Assembly (NCBI GenBank): GCA_002633005.1
Contig: NMRA01000017.1
Span: 1,444,944-1,508,943 of the forward strand
Reading direction: 5' to 3'
Length of the DNA stretch: 64,000 nucleotides
Origin: Phoronis australis
Lineage: Eukaryota; Animalia; Phoronida
Made by a program: the position numbers and the translations under genes. Below, piece by piece: positions 22,950-36,900 of this stretch. Numbering within the stretch: position 1 is the first letter of the stretch; every line of letters starts with the position of its first letter. A model generated the notes under the pieces. That model ran no database searches. It was not told the origin of the DNA and saw only the letters and a list, made by a program, of their open reading frames with translations.

Positions 22950-25130
22950 TTTCAGTACCATAATGAGATTTGGCAGATGTGTTCTGTGAAGCTGATGACA
23001 GACGACGACAAATTTTGAACCGATCGGACTATCACTTCTTAAGGAATATTCTACTGCCTTAGTGGTTAGTGCCCACCCTGATCGGGCCAGGATTGAGAAG
23101 ACCTAACGTTAGTCATTGCCCTGCTGATCTGTCTAAACATTATCCTTAGCACACCATACACAAGGCCTTATTATCCTGGGTAGTGATCTAGTGACCAGTT
23201 TTTATCCCAAATGTTCCTGCCATGTTGCTACGGCCAGTCTTACTCATAGGCATTATCATGAGTGACAGCAACTCATGTTTTCCATGTGGTACCTGTGACC
23301 AATCAGTCACTTGGGAACAGCGAGGCATTGCATGTGAAACATGCGGTCAATGGTTTCATGCAGCTTGTCAGAGTGTTAGCAATGGTCAATATGACCAACT
23401 GGGTGATACTAACATCTCTTGGCATTGCGCAGTTTGCGAAAATGCAAATTACAGAGACGTAGCCTTTGACCTATTTGACTTAAATAACTCTAGTAGTGCC
23501 GAACTTACACTAGGCTACTCTGATGGAACTACTATACCTCCATTTGTTTCTCAACATTCATCTACTCCTACATGTTTAAGGAGACAAAACCTGAATTCCA
23601 ATCGCCCACTTAGGTTCCTTATCATCAATTTAAATCAGTGCTGTAGTGGCGCGTAGACGCATGTAGGCGCAGCCAACAACGTTTTGGCATTTGAACGTAG
23701 CACCTACGCACCGTAAGTTACGTTATAGTGAGGCATAGGCGCATGTAGACATAGCCAACCATCTTTTTACGACTCTTCCTTGCAGTGCAGCTGAATGTGA
23801 ATGAAGATTCAGCAAAATGAATCAGATAGTCAACAAACGATCGGAGGGCTCCCCGAGGACACATCCCAAGTGCAACTATAAACGCCGCCAGCATATCTTT
23901 TCTGGGTGTTGCCGCTCCTATTTTCCTTTATAATTGTGTTTGGGGGCCCCTTCAGAGACCCGCTTGGAATGCACGCGGACCTTTCCCATCCTATAAAACA
24001 TTGTTTGGTTGTGACATACTAGATTCGTCACTGCAGAATTGAAGTAAATACCCACTCGTGAGTCAAAAATAGGCCTACATGTTTGTGATGTTTTGCGAAT
24101 TCAATGTACTTTTAAAATTCAGTGCTCAAGGTGATACGGTGGGCTTTGGGCACCTACTTACCTCTAATTTTACCACTACAGGACTGATTTAAATCAGTGG
24201 TCGGTAAAGCCCCAGAACTTACTAATATTTTAGACAGTGTCAAACCAGAGGTTATAATCGGAACCGAAACCTGACTGGAAGACAACATTAACACTAGTGA
24301 ATTATTTCCCAGCAATTCAGAAAGGACTGCAACAGAGATGGAGGTGTTGTTTTAATTGCTGTACTTAATACCTTCACTTGCTGTGAAGAAACATCACTCT
24401 CCATAGAACACTGCGAACTCATCTGGGCAAGCATCCAACTTAAAGGACTTCGTAAACTGTTGGTATGCTCCTACTATAGACCACATGTTAGCGACGAGTC
24501 AAGTCTGCAGATGTATTCTGACTCCTGTCTTCAGGCTACTAATACTAAAAATGCTATTATATTAATTGGAGGGTGGGACTGGAATGCCTCATTGTTGAAG
24601 CCTGGTGCCCCAAACCCACGCTTACACATTTAGTTCATTGATACCCTGGTTGACTGTGGCCTCGAACAAATGGTAAATGAACCTTCACGAGTAGAAAATA
24701 TCCTAGACCTTTTTGTCACAAACTACCCAGGCCTTGTGCCTAGAATGGAGATCCTTCCAGGATTCTCTGATCACAACTGCGTTTTTTTCGAACTACAACT
24801 TTTCGTCCCTCCAAAACGTCTCCCTGTTCAAGAAGTCTATGCTTTTAAACGTGCCAACTGGGATGAACTTAGATTGGCATGTAGACAACTATCCAATGAT
24901 ACAGCCTTTTCCTTTGACATAAATAGTAACACTGAGACTTTGTGGCGCTGGTTCAAACATAGATTGCTGATAGCTGTCGACCAAATTATCCAGAAGCTCC
25001 TTACTAAGTCCAAACTTAGCTACCCTTGGATTGACCCAGAACTCAAAGGCCTAATTAAGAGAAGAGGCCGTCTATATATTAAGCACTTCAAATGAACAGG
25101 AGATCCAGCCACCCTGTGTGAATTAAAACG
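22950..25130 (+). mobile_element. 5' half of a CR1-group LINE with a PHD finger fused to an APE endonuclease, decayed and lacking RT
   Basis: PHD: CGTC...CETCGQWFHAAC...WHCAVC (23222-23656). APE motifs LRFLIIN, IIGTET*L, YYRP, EPSRVENILDLFVTN, SDHN, then PWIDPELK. Confidence 0.85.
23636..24186. mobile_element. hAT MITE (551 bp) inserted at the start of the APE domain
   Basis: TIRs cagtgctgtagtgg / ccactacaggactg (13/14 match) and 8-bp TSD ATTTAAAT at 23628-23635 and 24187-24194. Confidence 0.9.
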
Positions 25131-25595
25131 TTTCGCTCACTCGGCACACACATGCAGACAAACTTCAAAACAAACATCACGTGACAACCAACATGTGTGT
25201 CCCTCCAGATTTTTCTCATGTTGCGGGGTGCGATCTAGCGCAGATTTGGATTCAATCTACGGTTAATTCCGACTCCACAGGAATTTAAGAGTCTTAGGGA
25301 CGCTATTTGGAAAACTTAAGGAGGTAATTTGTTGAGTCAAAACTGTATATTAATTCAAGAAATCAAGTTGACCATGTATAACAAATAAACAAAGCAATGT
25401 GTATTGTAAAGTTTGTGGTGAATATTGTCTTTAAAAGGAAATTTTAAAAATTCAACACATTTTCTTTATAAGCCCTCAGGCTGATTTGCGAGATTTTGTG
25501 GTACAGTGACTCACTTGAGTGCTCGTCCTTCATACGGGTGTTATTCCATTTTGTGACTCCATTTTGTGATCCATGAAGTAGTGTTTTTCTTCCAG

Positions 25596-25687
25596 GCAAG
25601 CCTGCTGAGGATACTATGGTTTTGTCAGACTTGAATTTGAAGCCCAACGTGAAGATAATGATGATGGGGACAAAAGAAGAAGAACTG
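25596..25687 (+). CDS. UBLCP1: UBLCP1 coding exon 2
   Basis: AG/GT bounded; [30 protein letters not shown]. Confidence 0.95.
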
Positions 25688-26059
25688 GTAAGATAAAAAA
25701 TATGATCCTGAAAGCTAAAGTTTATGCTCCATGAACGAAATTTTTACAACTTATGTGTGTAGTTTTGCAGTCACCCAATCATAAAAAAATTTAAGAGAGA
25801 GGGCATAGGCTACATTATGTCCTTGTGAAGACTTTGGGCTCTGATGGGTTATGTGAAAGCATTAAAAATATGTAGATAGTCTGACTGGTTGTTTCACTAT
25901 GCAGCCCATCGTAAAGATTGTTGAGAAAATTTGAAAACTTTTAGCGTGTCCACCTATGATAGCCGTTGTGTTTATGCAAGGGATTTCAAACCTGGTCCTG
26001 CATCAGGAATCACATGATCGCTGCATTTCATTTAAGGTCACTGTCTAACTTCGTTTCCA

Positions 26060-26680
26060 AAGATTTTTGTGATAACTTTACTATTAATAATAAACCCATA
26101 AAACTACATATTTTTAAAATCCTTGGGAATCGAAGAATCTTATTTTATCCATGAAAACAATGTTCAAGGTTCATTATCATGTGACTGCATTTTTGTAAAT
26201 AATCACAATTTTTCAAGGAGATCGTTGTATTTTCAACAAACTCATTATTTCGCACAAAACTTGCAAATATGTTTCTTTGTTTTATTAGCTACAAAACAGT
26301 GTATGGGATTTTCTTTTAAGGCCTTTAAGCCCAAGAAATGCAATGTCAAAAATCAAGACTTCTGTTTTTTCAAAAATGTTGATTTTTGACCGCAGATTTC
26401 TCAGGCTAAGAGGCCTTAAAAGAAAATCTCACTCACCGATTTGTACCTAAAAGAACAAAGAAACAGAATATAAAGTTTCAAGCAAAAAAAATAAGTTAAT
26501 GAAAAATTGGATCATCTCCTTGAGAAATATGCGATTTTTTAGAAAAAATGCTGTTGCGCGATCACGGACGTCTAAACATTGGTTTCGTGTACACAATAAG
26601 ATTCTATGATACTCAATGATTTTAAAAATATGTAGTTTTATGTGTCTACTCTTAATATTTCAAAAGTCATTTTAAAATTC
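26060..26680. repeat. Foldback inverted repeat with ~300-bp arms
   Basis: cataaaactacatatttttaaaatc (26097-26121) is the exact reverse complement of 26618-26642. Also gattttcttttaaggcct/aggccttaaaagaaaatc. Centre ~26370. Confidence 0.85.
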
Positions 26681-28238
26681 AAATCTTTGTAACGGCTCGC
26701 GTGCTTATTTGACAATGAGCTTGGACCTCCTATGGGTATAAGAGACCCAGACTGAGTGCTTTACGATATTCCTCCGGCCCAATGTTGCCCCGATATTTCT
26801 CTGGCTCGATGTTCCTAGACCCGATGTTCCATGCCCGTAGCCATCTGCGTACACCTCCCTTACTCCAAACACTACTGCCAGTTTTCACTCCCCGGGTCGT
26901 CAGTCTACTGCGTTGTAAATATTTCAGACTCAAATGGGAATGGCCAATCTAGAAACAAAATTGTTCTGGGTGGTGGCTGAAAAGGGTAGATGGAAACGAT
27001 ATCCACACAGGTATGCTTAGGCTGGGGATTTTCGCAAGAAATCGTATTATAACATTTCTTACTATTACAGTCTATCAATTCCGTATTACCCCCAAATAGT
27101 CACGTATACTCCTATCCCGTACCTTTGATTTTTTGTAATATGGTAAGCGCTCCCTTTAACTTTTGAGAAATTTCAATTAAGCGCCAGGACACAAAAGTTC
27201 TGATTGGCCATAATTAGATTCTTGCTTTTGTGTACAGTTGTCAAAAATATATATTTCTGAAGAAACGCCAGCGACATAGATGAAATCTCCTTATGCCAGA
27301 TTGACTGAGATGCAATAAGCGAAAACCAAATTTTGATTACATTTTTTACTTCAAGATGATACACAAACATCCAGTAACATATTGCCAACATTTGAATTCC
27401 GAAATCTAGAGGCAGCGAATTTACCCAGTGAGGCACACTGTCCCTTCTGTTCTCACACATCCTCAATAACCTGGCAATTGCATTCTGAGAAAATGCAGAA
27501 TTAATTCAAAGTTGGGTGAATTTCATCAAAATTGGGAGAATTTGATTCCTTTCCATGAGTTATGGGAATTCTTCAAAATCTGAGAGCATCCCACCCAAAG
27601 CGAATTGGGACGTTTAGCAAAACCACTGCCACATTTCTCTGGCCGGATTTTTTTGAGTATATGTTTTATCCATTGCACTGCAGTTGAAAACTCATTGCGG
27701 CAGACAACGTTGCTAAAAGTGAAGGTAATGAAGCTGGCAGGGTTCTTAAAGGTTGTGAAAATGGGAAGAAAATAAAGTGACTAAGTGGTCAAATATTACA
27801 ATATTTTGAAATAAATCCATCACCTGGAACAATAATTTGTTACTCGTTGTATTTTAATTCACATTTCCATACCACTGTTTCGGAGGTCGTCGTTGCATTC
27901 ATTGTTATCATCAATCTTTATCTCTAATAATTCTAACACTTGACTTTCATCTCTAATAATACGTGTGGCCTGTTTTGTCTCTGTTAATTGGAACACGAAG
28001 CTCTCGAGGGAAAAATAGCTCGTACATTAGTGTACGAACTGTTAGAGAAAACACCGTAAGAGATTAATATTTGTTGAACTTTTTAGATTTCTTATTTGTT
28101 TTCATATTGTGTATTGCTTTTCGTGTTAGTTTTAATGGAATCGAGGCTTTTGGCTTCCTCATTTCACTTTTTTGTATATTTATTATCTCCTACAGATTTT
28201 GTGTTTAAGTGTGCAAAACAACTTGTTGTTGTTTTCAG

Positions 28239-28324
28239 GCTACTGTCATGGAACCACCAGAAGATATGCCTGAGGTACTTGATGACTTTGACATTGAAGA
28301 AGATGAAATTGCCATAGAAAATAG
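28239..28324 (+). CDS. UBLCP1: UBLCP1 coding exon 3
   Basis: ATVMEPPEDMPEVLDDFDIEEDEIAIENR; AG/GT bounded. Confidence 0.95.
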
Positions 28325-28757
28325 GTACTTTGACTTCTGGTTAAAGGGAAAACCCTTTTTGAAGCTTCAACTGCTATGGTACACATATCTTATGATTCCT
28401 TTCTACACTAGTTCTGAAAATAAGCTAGACAATGCTGAACGATGAGGCAATTTGTACGGATAAATGCAAGGCTGAATATCCATTTCATTACTACCAAAGT
28501 CTGCTTTAGATAATTCCATCTGAATTAATTCATTAAAATCTCTAATGGTTTTGTATCTGCCTTGTTTAGTTATACGAATTCTTTCTTTACACTGTCCACT
28601 TTATGAAAATTGTGACTACTTTTTTGGTGGCAAAAATGCGATGCTAATTGCCATTTTGCTGCATTTGAAATTTTGAAAAGCTTTGATTAGGATGCTGCTA
28701 TCTGCATACTACAGTATACTTACACCAATTTGCAGCATAAATCATGACGACAAAAAC

Positions 28758-30800
28758 TGTAACTAAACTTACTGGAGTAAGAATGAATCAAGTTGACGCA
28801 TTACATCTATAAACATAGTCAGTCACAAACAGTCTCACATATACAAAATACTATTAAAGAGTATTGTCACATGGAAAAAGAGACCAGGTAGAAGCCCCAT
28901 CACCAGCACAAAACCACTAATAGATGGCAAATGAAGTCAAACTATACTAAACATATAACATGGCACTTACATTCCACCCTCATTGCTGAACAAATTCTGA
29001 TTGACAAAAATGAAAATAATGCTAATTCACTACACCAGCAATCAAAAGGACACATTTACAAACAGAATAGTTAAGTTCCGTCATTTGTGTCTTTACTTAC
29101 GCTCTGTACAATACCAAAAGAATATGGTTCTATGGCTATCAAGCAACCCGTGGCAGTGGTTTATTGTCCATCAGAAGCATGACATCTCCAACTTGCAGTT
29201 TACCACTTCTGACGTTTCTGCAAATTCAAGATATGTTCACATCTCCACCTTACCCAAAATTGCCCGGCTAGATATTGCGTGCACTTCCATAATTTTGTTT
29301 ACAGCAATACAGGTCAGCATCTAAAAACTGTCCAGGTGGTGACAAAACGGTTGACTTCAGTGTTAGCAGGTGGCTCAGCATTAAAGGTTCTTGATCGCCA
29401 GGAGTGTCGGATATAGAAGTTATAGGACGTGAGTTAATAATGCTCTGTCTCACACAGCAGCGTACAAAAAATTTTGTCGTCAGTTTTTGTTGTCAAACTG
29501 ACGACCAAATAGCTGCATCAGGATCCTTCTGATCGTTCTTATCTGGCATTCCCAGACTTTGCCCATATGACTGCGAGCGAGGGTATTGAAATGCCACTTA
29601 ATCCCATTGTTCAGTTGTGTGTTATGGATGATGTCCTCGTAGATATCATCAAGCACGTGGAGAAGCTCTTTATCTGCTCTAATATAGATGGTGCCGTTAT
29701 TGCTCCGTATCTCCAAAATTGGTCCATGCTTGTACAGAAACTGTCTAAGCGCTGGAATAATCAAATCAATATCCAGTGAGTTTATGGATTCCAAATGGAC
29801 TGCACAACTTTATAAATGTCTGAAAATATTTCCATAGTATTTCAGCGTTGTTCAATGTTCCTTTATGTAGAAAGGGCCAAAAAGATCCAAAAATGTGAAG
29901 CAAAATGGGCCTGCAATAGCTGTTCTTGCAAATGGTAAATCAGACATCTGTTGACCCATTGGAGCTCGCATCTTCTTGTTGGCAACACATTTATCAAAGG
30001 CTTGTGAACCGCATAATTCCAAGCTAAGATCCAAAAGCTTTAATGCGTATCAGCTAGGACGTGGTTCCTGCATGCAAGCTGCAATGGTTCGTGGTGATAA
30101 TGGAGCGAGTGACGTGACTTTCACGGAAGAAGAATCTGATGCTTGTAGTCATACGGAAAGTTGGACTTGCGTAATCTACCACCAACTCTGACGTGCTCTG
30201 ACCAAACTGAGCTGTTCTTGATCACACCAGGCTTGCTCAGTCCACGGCTTTCCAAGGCATTCACTTCTACACTGAAATAATATGCTGCATGTATTTCAGG
30301 ATGTAGAGTTTAGGTGGTTGGAGTTGCTTCACTATTATTAGCTCCGCCCTGTTAGACAAAGTACCATGACATCTCTTGAGAAGCTGATGACCTCTCAGAT
30401 ATTGAACCACAGCTATTCAAAGACGATATCAACCTAAAGAATATTTAATCAGATTATCAAGTGACAAACTTGTAGACTCCATTAAAACAGATGTCGCAGC
30501 GGCGTCGACTGTCGTGACGTCTCATGGTTGACAGAACAAGGATGGTTGATCTCTATTGTTCGACATGGAGACATTGCCTTGTTGGACAGGCAAGGGAACT
30601 TCATAGTGGCCATCTTTAGATGAATGATAGTTTCCTTAATTTCCAGTACTAATTCTCTAACACCAATAAGGATACAAATCAAGCTGTGACATGACCTAGC
30701 TTCCATGGGACCATGCAGTGTCCCCCCATGCTTCAGTGACACACCATATGGACCTCCATTTACTGTTGACATTGCGTCAGGAGGCTTAAAGTCTTAGTAG
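28758..30800 (-). mobile_element. Decayed BEL/Pao LTR retrotransposon (integrase) with probable 3' LTR at 28758-28971
   Basis: QMSDLP...GPF...DLFGPF, IRSNNGT...WHFN...SHMGKVWECQIRTIRRIL, INSRPIT...PPGQF..DLY. Minus-strand PPT gagggtggaa abuts the TGTAAG LTR start. Far boundary approximate. Confidence 0.8.
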
Positions 30801-31461
30801 CACACATTTTTAACCCTAATGGTTTGAAGAATTTATAAGGAACCAAGCAGTACCTATCCTATAACCAATACACAATTCCTAGTTGAAAGTTTAATTAAAC
30901 GTGGCACTCATGATTCCGACCCTAAGAACTCACCGCCATTTTGAACTAACTATGAAGTATAATTCATTCAGGAACCCAGGCTTTGTTTTCCAAATTTACT
31001 GGTTGTGACAGCTCTGCATGAGTTTCATGCCTGATTTCTGTGATATAATCAACATAGATTGTGAATCACTCATAGGTGGCCTGCTAACCTATATTTTACT
31101 CCGTCTGTAATGAATGATGAGATCACCCATTCAATAAATGTCAATTTCAACATCACAGGTGTAAATGTGATGCAGAAGTCGCTTGTAGTATATGAGGTTA
31201 CTGTATTTGGCAGCAATGACAGCTGGCTTCGAAATTGATGCAGTCTTCTGCATTTTAAAGCACATTTTCCGTTAAGTGAAAGACAGGACTTTAAACAAAA
31301 CCATAGTGTGCTTAGCTGACTACTGACACTTAATATATCAAAAAAGTAGGAGTATAAGGGTGCTTACATGTACCTTTGCATTAATTCAAGTGGTTATGAC
31401 CATTCTAATTATTATAAAACATGCATTCCAGAGTACTGATATTATGTTGCTTTTATTCTAG

Positions 31462-31577
31462 GGAAGAATATTTGGCTAAGATTGAGAAGAGGATAAAAGA
31501 TTATAAAATTGAAACTATAAACGAGCCAAGGCCTGGGAAACGACTGCTTGTGCTGGACATAGATTATACACTCTTTG
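31462..31577 (+). CDS. UBLCP1: UBLCP1 coding exon 4 (catalytic DxDxT motif)
   Basis: [38 protein letters not shown]; FCP1/HAD motif DIDYT. Confidence 0.97.
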
Positions 31578-31794
31578 GTAAGACTACAGTGTTCATTTAG
31601 CACAACCAGTCTACAAAAAGCAACTACTTTAAACTGGAAATGTCTGCAACACTGATCATTCTCAAAATATTTCACCATACACTGTTTTCGTAACTATTCT
31701 GAAACAATGCAAGCCGAAGGTTGGTTTTCGGTCACGTTTTCTTGCTTAATGACAGAAATGTGCTCGTCCAAAGAACAAAAAACAGTTGAAATTT

Positions 31795-32407
31795 TGTCAG
31801 AATTTAGACTGTCAGTGTTCTTACTTTTATTTTGTTTTGTTGTTATTGATTGGCATGACCCCTGAGCTCAGTACAGTGATGTAATTTGTTTACTATAGTG
31901 TGGAACTTTCTAGAAGACTCTAGCATGGTAGTTATTAATGCAGTCTGCAATATTCTAGAGAATAGTATGTGTTTGTAGAATAGTGGGTAGATTCCGGAAA
32001 GTTGTGGAACGTGCTTGAACTGTTGAAAAGTTCTATAACAATGCATTAGTCTATAAATATACAAGCACGGGTTTGTTTTAGTCAGAAAAGCAGTTAAGCA
32101 TTTAAGCGGTTCAGCAGTCGGAGTAAAGCAGATAAAAGTTGAACATCAGTTAATTTCTGGAGACTGAGTTACATTTGAGTTGCTGAACGTGTCTCAGAAG
32201 TTCATTACAAGTCAAGGCTTCGCAGCACTGACTAGAGCGTAAAACAGACATTACGTCAGACATTGTGTTAGAGTAGGCTTGTGAACGTACGATCGAAATT
32301 AATAAAGGATTAACTCGAACAAGTCTTCAGTCTATCGTTGCACCAAAAGCTATTAGCACCGGTTGGTGACCACCTGTGCCCACCCACACACGGGGAAAAA
32401 CGTGACA
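31795..32407 (+). mobile_element. Solo LTR (613 bp)
   Basis: TGTCA...TGACA termini, TATAAA at ~32052, AATAAA at ~32301, flanks AATTT/GATTT (near-perfect 5-bp TSD). A 3'-truncated copy lies at 58953-59290. Confidence 0.8.
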
Positions 32408-33823
32408 GATTTGCTGAAAAAATGTTTTTGTGCTTAGGGTTAGCACCAAGGATTCTTTTTAAACCTAGATTTTTAGACCTAGTTTTTTGTGTGAAAAGTA
32501 AGATCTCGTAAAACTCTGAGTCAGCAAAATTACATTTAATTAGTGAAAAGGGAGTATGCTCAGAGGTTTAGTAGCTTGTCTTACCAAATGGCAGCCACTG
32601 AAGTGACAGTTTAACAAGGCTAGAATGTTGAATTATAGGATTGAATTCAGAGTTTCCAATCCATAAAGAGTTTTGCTGCAATCAGTCATTACTGAAAAAT
32701 TTTGTATTATACCTGCCCGTAATTTTCTAACAATTTCTATGAACCCGCATTTATAGATTAAGCTTTTAGTATTAAGAATAGATTTATTTAACAAAATTAA
32801 GAACTATCACACTTGTCATTGTAAACCCATCTTTGCTGGAGATGGCCAAATACATTTCAGTGAATTGGAAGACTGAGGAAAGCATGTTGTAATTTTTTAA
32901 AGTGTAACATAGGAATGATGTGGTTGTGCCCGTGTTTAACTCACAGTTTGTTTGGGCATTAGTATGGCATGGGGCATCCCTTTAAAATTGGGTGATAGAC
33001 ACATACTTTTCAAACAACAGGTGGCTGCGAATAGCTTGAGGCCAAAACACAAGTCCACAGTTTCAAGTTGGCACACACTCTGGCTTGGTAGAGTATAAGG
33101 TAGAGTAAGCAAACCAATATTTACATGGGGTTCTTTCTACAGGTACTCAAAAAATTATATTCTCTTATGGCAAGTAGATGTCTGAACAATGCTTGACCCT
33201 GAGTTTATTTCCCTAATGCATGAATGTTGCTTGGTTTGGATATAGAATATTTCAGATTATTCTTGTTCAATTTTTTTACTTAAAAGATTTGTAACACCAA
33301 ATTGCATGATTCTAAAATTCTGCACCATACTTGCCATAAGACAATATTTTAAAAATTTTCAATTGGCCATTCATTAACTTTCAAGACATTGAAAAATGAG
33401 AAAGGAGACGTGGCTACTCACTCTGAACTTCGGGAGGTTTTGCTGTACTTTTTGTAACAGAAGGTTGCTTTGTAATTGCTTTAAAGATTGTGAGTTAAAG
33501 ACCCACACAACACTAAAACTGACATCGCACAAAATAGAATAAATCAAGCAGGCAACAGTGAACTGTTGAAGCAAACTATGAACTTCATTGGATCTATGTA
33601 TTTTCCTGGATATGTACTTGGTATATTAAAAAAATAAAAGTAATGGTTCCACACGAAAAATTATGGTGCTGCATCTCTTGTTTTCATGGCAGCAATGAAA
33701 AACAAAGATTCAGTTGTTGCATTTAAACAAATCCATGAAAGTTGACAAATTGCATTTACCTGAAGAACCTTTAGCCAAGTACAAAGCCTAGATACTACAT
33801 TTAAGTCTTCTTGTTTGTTCCAG

Positions 33824-33922
33824 ACCATCGGTCAACTGCTGAGACAGCAAGAGAGCTAATGCGTCCTTATCTCCATGAATTCTTAACATCAGCATATGAA
33901 GATTATGACATTGTTATATGGT
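33824..33922 (+). CDS. UBLCP1: UBLCP1 coding exon 5
   Basis: [34 protein letters not shown]. Confidence 0.97.
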
Positions 33923-33962
33923 GTAAGTACAGAGTGTTTTGAACGAGTCAATTTATGACACA

Positions 33963-36900
33963 TAGCCACCCGACCCACAACAAATTGCAACAAAAGGTTT
34001 TACAAGGGTTTTGTTCTCTACTGCTTATAAACAGGAAAAAAGACTACCAACACCTGACCACCGGAAATGGGTTAAAACTGCGTCATTTCCAAGATGGCTG
34101 ACATGACGTTTCGAAATCACCAAAAATAGATATATTTTCTTCAATAATTGACATAGAGACATAATTTTTGGTTCTAGTCTATGGTTTTACAGGGTGAGCA
34201 ACTTGCTGGCGTGGTTAAAATTAAGATGTGATCAGTATTTGATATGAAATTCAAGATGGCGACTAAAATTCAAGAACGAAAAATCCCTGATTTGTCCATT
34301 ATATTGGGTGGTCAAAGAAACGTTTCGAACTTAAACCTTTATTTTTTCTAAAAACATTCATTGAAATTGCACGAAATTTAACACATGTGCATATCAATCT
34401 ATTATCAGTACACCATAAAAAATGTAATGATACACTGTTTTCGTTCCAAGACAGAAAAGATACTTTTATAACCCAAAAAAGTCAATGCCAAATTAGCTTA
34501 CAAGATTATACAAAGCATTATTATCAAGAATGGTTACACTTAGCACTAAATTTATTCAGAAGTACTTTTTCAAGGGTTTTGTTGTAGTCAGTTGGGTGTT
34601 ACATTTTGCAAAGTCATGTTGTTTTCAAGTCCTGAGAACGAGCTAACTGGGGTTAATTACAACATGTTTTACACAAAGTCCTGACTGGAATCTAATGAAC
34701 TACAGTGTTTGGAATGCACTGACAGAGAATGTGTACGAAGGTATAGGTTGTATTATCTCAATAACTTAAGCCTGCAAAAATTCCCCTTTACTAAAAGGCA
34801 TCTGTCAGTATCAGAAAATGACTGAACAACAGGTGCTAATAAAGTATTCGTTCGTAGACATGACGCATGAACAAGTAGGTTACATTTTCATCCAAGAATG
34901 TTATGTTCATTACACGTATGCATACTGCCTCAGGTCAACCCTCATCACTGTCTTCACGTTCCTCAGATATTTGATTTTATTGTCACAATATGTTGCTAGG
35001 CACAATCTACATGCAAGCCCATTCTTTCTGCAATTGCACTGGGGCGTGCTACCAGCTGTAGTACAGTTGCAGTGTATCATCTAGGGGAGTGTCTGGTATA
35101 GCATTCATGGCAGTTATGATGTGTACGAATTGATTGATTTTAAGTCTCCAGCCCCAGTCTAAAGGTTCCTGGTCATTTGGCATATCCATCCAAACCATGA
35201 CCTGGTAGTACACCCGAGACAATGAAACCTGGTGGCTGATTCCATTGGTGGAAGACATTCGGGACATTCCATCGCTTGGCTGCCAAGTTTCTCTCAGCGG
35301 GGCTCACACCTTTCGTGGTGAATGTGTCTGTGCATGACTGGAGGACTTGGTCATCTTTCACGTGTTTCTGAGAGACTGAAGTCTTCCCAACGCCATACAC
35401 ACGTTGCGTTGCATCCTGTGAAGGAGGGCAGGAATAGTAGCTGGACACACAATTTAATCCTGAGCACACACCTCATCCAATTTATGTCATATACTTTAAG
35501 ATTGGTTCTTGACTGGTAGCCAGATCTGAAAAATAATGATTTCCCGTCAGCCATACAGTAATGGAGCATAAGCATCAACTAGTGAGTGTTCTTGCCGATT
35601 ACCGTGGTGGAATGCATATTATACTGTTTACTGCAACTGTCTTTGCAATGACCACATCAGCGCCCCCTTCTGCCTGAACGGCTGTGCATCCCACTTTCGG
35701 GAGCTGGTCACTTATTAAGGCGATCAGTTGTTGCTTGTTGCTGCCAGTGGATAAGAATTCATCTCTCTTAACCATCAAAGTCCGTTTCTCTGGTGAAGTT
35801 CAAAGTCGGATAGCTGCTGGTCTGTCTCTGTCTCTGTGTTATCCTTTATCGAAGGACTTGCACCATAACCATCAAAGACAACAGTGGCTGCCTCAGAGTG
35901 CTTTGCCGTGAAGTCAGCGTATGCTCCGACAATTTTTCCATAGGTATATCTCTTTTCCATTTGAGCTTGTGCAGAAAAGATCCCCCATCAAGCGCATAAC
36001 TTTCAGTCTGGAGACGTGCTGAAGGTGTGGAGTTTGGTGCTTCTTCAAAACCACGGGCCTTGGAACAGCGGTCATTAACGGCTTGAGCCATTTGAGGTCT
36101 GTCAGCCTTCTTCAAGATCAGGTTGTCCTCATAGAGAGACTCTGGGTGTGGACTGAGCTCGAAACTCTCAACTGCCTTAAGAGACAATTCGTCTTACCGG
36201 AATACCACTTGGGATGGCTGGAAGAGTAAGCAAGGATCGATGGTTCCGTCAGGACCATCCTGGACTGCAGCTGCATTTCCCAGGGTCTTAGCATTCTCTC
36301 TCCTCTTAAAAGAGAAAGAAAACACAGGTTGTCGAACCATTCTGTCAATGATTTTGTTCCCAACAGATTGACATCCATGCACGTTGACATTTGCGTTGGC
36401 GACAACATCATTGATGACATTGCGTATCACAGGGTCTGAGGAGAAGGATGAAAATCCGGTCAGCTTTGTGCTTATCTTTGCAAAGTCGCATGCATCTCTT
36501 TCAATTCTGGCAGCAATTGCCTGTTTGTGTTGTTCGCCTCTTGAGTACGTGAGGTCACTGGAGTCCTGGATGGTGATGTTCACCTCTGACATTACGGTGA
36601 CTAACATTGTCCACAATGTTTGCTGCTCCTCTGTCATCTTACTGCCATGAGTCAAGCCACCTGTGCCTTTTAGCGATCGCATTTAGTAATATTCTCAATG
36701 GCTAGATCACAGCTGAGGCTTGCCCAAAACTGGTTTGTTCGCCGAATCGTACGAAAGCCATTTTTGAAACTTCGCATACACATCTGGGTGTTAGCTTTCC
36801 AAATCAGCCATTTCTTGTATGTAGAGGTAAGCAGATTTCAGGTAGTTGTGGTGTCCAGCTGCAGCAAATATTGCCAAGGCATCACCAACAGCTGGCTAGT

